A DNA stretch of 64,000 nt from Yuukianura sp. NJ FZ-2021 (Eukaryota): NCBI GenBank assembly GCA_046563655.1, contig CM102289.1, forward strand, positions 9,114,001 through 9,178,000. Direction: 5' to 3'. The translations under genes were made by a program, and so were the position numbers. Each line of letters opens with the position of its first letter. Position 1 is the first letter of the stretch. Of this stretch, positions 60,749-64,000 are shown one piece after another. The notes below the pieces were generated by a model. That model searched no databases, had not been told where the DNA came from, and saw only the letters and a program-made list of their open reading frames with translations.

Positions 60749-63700
60749 TATGTCTCCAAGAAAAAGAGACACACATCCGACATGAAACGACACACTGACA
60801 ACCATTAAATGAAATCAACAACTCAACCGGTAGCAACCACATCAATTTCACAACCAAAAGAATCAACAATCTTAGATTTGTTTGTTCACTCGTTTTTTAG
60901 ACCGCTTTGATCAAAAAGTTGCTTTCTACGCTTTAAAAAAATTTTTTTTTTTTTTTTTTTTGAAAATTTTAAATCAGGTTAATGATTTTTCAGAATCAAC
61001 AAGATCCTGTTTGTTAATGGTTAGAAGAAAGTAGGGCACAGTGGACGGTTTTTAAAAAAAGAGTTCAGGCGTTTTTTGAAACAAACTTTAATTACAACGT
61101 TTCCGTTGACAACTCATTTGGTTGAAAGAATGCAACACTGAACAATGTACCCGTTATATTTCTTTCAACATTTAGCAATTGGCTAACTTATCAAAAACAA
61201 AACAGTTTGAATTTAGAATATTTTTTGAAAGTATAGATTTGGCGAGTTGTGAAGTTATGACACCAAATCTCAACATATCATCAAGTTATGAATGCGAAAT
61301 CACAAATTCGCAAATAATGATTATTGCAACCAAGAAAATAAACAAGAATTTAGGAATACTTTGGATAAGCTTTGGGCCTTAACTAAGCATTATGCGCGGA
61401 TTTGCACCTCAAAATATCAAAGACCAAGTCATCCAGAACGCTAATCACCCTTCGGTTTGTCATTAGAGGGTGAGGGTTTTCGAGGACAAAAATCAATCGG
61501 TACGTCAATTTTTGGGTCAAAATGACACTGATAAGTCAGTTTGTTTACAAAATTTATTTCTTTCCATGAGAACCAAAAAATAAATAAACCGACCATTGTG
61601 TAGGGTAAAGAAGTAAAGACATTTTTTTTGCTTTTATTTGATTTCCTGACCATAAGGAATGCTGAAGGGAAAGTAAATTTTATTTTGGACAGATTTTTTC
61701 TGAAAAGAGAAACTTTTTCTAAACTTTTTTTTTCTTGGAGAAAGGTAGGGCGTAGGAGGGAGGAGAAAGCTGAAAAGTTGTCTCTTTTTTTGGGGATTTT
61801 TTTTTCGGTGGATGTGAATTCCATCAAGTCGTATTGACATAAAATAAATCAAATCTGCCGCAATTTACATTCGATCACAACGACGCTTCACTTTCACTTT
61901 ACTTTCCCTTCTCCACAAACGTTATTACAACAGACACCAAATTCAGCAGCCATTCCAGCCAGACGCTTCAATCACTTTTCAACGCTTCTACCAAAACTTT
62001 CACTCAAACTCAACCACGCTCCTACCTGTCTACGCTAACTTTAAAAAAATACCGCCAAACCAAAAACTGTTTAAGAACTTCAGCAATTTGCAAAAAAGTA
62101 CAACATCTTACATTTTTTAACAAAATTGCTGCAAAGAATTTCTCTAACTTTAAAGTGTTTGTGTCTGTTTTAATCTAAAAAGTTTTACAATTTTGAAACC
62201 GGTGTTGGTAATTTTTTGGTTTGAAAAGTCGTTGTTTGTATTTTTGAACCACAAAGTGAATATTTGTTGAAATTTTTAATGAAATACCTACAACCGTGTT
62301 TCAAAATTGAAAATTTTTGTTGAATTGGCAATTCTGAAATGCAGAGATTTGTATAAATTTGAAGAGAAATGGTTTTGAGGACTAGTTGAATTAAGAACGT
62401 GACAAATATGTCAAAAGTTGAACTTTGTAAAGTTGAAAGGCCTTTTGCACGCATAAAGTGGAAGAGCCACTTGAACAACAATAAAATTCACTTATTTGAA
62501 TTCTCAAGGACACTCCACGGCTTTTGTCGATTTCCGCCATTCTGTTCTTCCTAATGAGGCTTAACGCCACAAAACCCGGGTTTTTTAAGCCAAAAGCAAA
62601 ATTTTCCAGACTTTTACCAAAATGATGAACATCAATTTCTGAACTTTGTTAAGCTAAAAGCTACAAAACTTTTTGATGTTGGAGAAAACAGGTTAAGTTG
62701 ATGAACAAACGGACGAGGAAAGAATTTGGCAGCAAAAATAGTAAGGTGAAGGTGGGATACTCTAATTAGCGAGAGATCTCGAGGGACGCAGACTCCATCA
62801 TAAAGAACTTTTTTCTCGTTTTTTTAGTTTTTCGGTTTTTTTTTGGAAAACTATGCCTGGATGTACTTCGGCGTGTGACCCGAGGGATCATCCGGACTTT
62901 TCAGTTCGTTGAAATTCATTTCGCACCCTCCGTCCAAAAAAAGGCACATGTCGAAAACTTTCTCTTGTCTATTCTTTGATTCTTTTCCAAAATCCTGAGA
63001 CTTCCAAGGTAGAAAGGCTTGCCAACTTTCTCCTCCCTTCAATTTGCTCACCAGAGTTGCTGTTTTTGAGGGTTTTCAAGTTTTTACCGGTTTGACTGTA
63101 CCGATTTCAAACCGGTACAAGTGAGAACACTCAGCGACTTTTGGAAACCTCCAAATTTTCAGCGAAAGTGAAAGCTTTTTCTACAAGAATGTCCAAATTC
63201 AAAGCTAAAGAGCATCAAAATGAAACTGATTCAAAGAATTGTTGAAATTTTATTTTGAAAAATTGAAAATTTGGAATGTCGTTTTGGTTATGCCAATCTC
63301 ACCAACTATGTTTTGTAGAAAGTAATCCTCCGATGGCATTCTTAGGAAAAGACAAGAAAAAAGTGTGGTTAGCTGGAGACTTTGTGGGTTGATTCCCCTG
63401 GCTCCCCAATGGACGTGGACGGAATTGATGGACGGATTCAACTACTCCGCCCCCTCCCTGTTGCCCCTTAATTAAGCAAACCCACGGCCCCACCATGTCC
63501 CACCAAGCCCCACCAACCGATGTTGACACTCTACACAAAGCACCGTTACAATAATCCTCCCTCCAATATACCTTGAGCTACACAAAAAGTTACAAATCGT
63601 CGAAACACATCTTTAATGCCACCCAAACTTCAATAATTTTTAAAACAAATTTTCAGTCAATTTGTAAAAAGTTTTCTGTAGGGTAACCGCTGCAAAAATT

Positions 63701-64000
63701 TAAAAATCACAGCAATCTAAATACAAAAGTGGATAAAAACATGAATACTATTTTGTTTGAGTTTAACCGATAGAACTCGTGCGACATCTCCTGCGTTGTT
63801 TCGGAAGCGTTACAAACATTTTTAATAAGTAAAATCCACAGTTCGTTAAAAGTTAAGATTTTATTGGGAGTTTGAATTTTGGCGGATTTTTACTTTTGAA
63901 CTTTACGGAAAGCAGATTCATGGTTGACCGTGAGGTCAAACGAGTCATGCGTCCATGTCACTTTATGTTTTACTGTCACTGTACCGGTGGACTTCCAACA

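Noticed and set aside
63085..63117. 11-bp inverted repeat TACCGGTTTGA...TCAAACCGGTA
   Set aside because: Too short for a pre-miRNA; no TSD or family evidence.
59000..64000. ORFs such as 60457-60801 and 61441-61827
   Set aside because: No recognisable protein features; the repeated GSTAS peptide comes from a 21-bp duplication; probably intergenic or UTR/intron of a gene outside the window.

Overview
AT-rich eukaryotic DNA with many 50-70 bp GT-AG introns. Gene content is arthropod-like (possibly a hexapod such as a springtail; that is inference only). Plus strand: 3' end of p120 RasGAP (RASA1/vap), an unidentified multi-TM protein, RBM24/38-type RRM protein (with a hAT-like MITE in an intron), kraken/SERHL-type serine hydrolase, dolichol kinase, and an 11-coding-exon DIP/IgLON adhesion gene (18.7-44.2 kb) with an intronless orphan membrane-protein gene nested antisense. 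Minus strand: a divergent Na+/K+-ATPase alpha-like P-type ATPase and a QRICH2/C16orf96-like (DUF4795) gene. Top finding: an ORF-less minus-strand cluster of five pre-miRNA-like hairpins at 46.85-47.46 kb. Three carry the miR-35/36 seed (CACCGGG) and two flanking ones carry the miR-3/309/318 seed (CACUGGG). Each has a CNNC motif at +18/+19, and a TATA+Inr promoter lies just upstream. Second finding: the P-type ATPase appears intact but has TGES->TGIS and lacks most cation-binding acidic residues (candidate pseudo-pump). All gene models were spliced by eye; no database searches were run.
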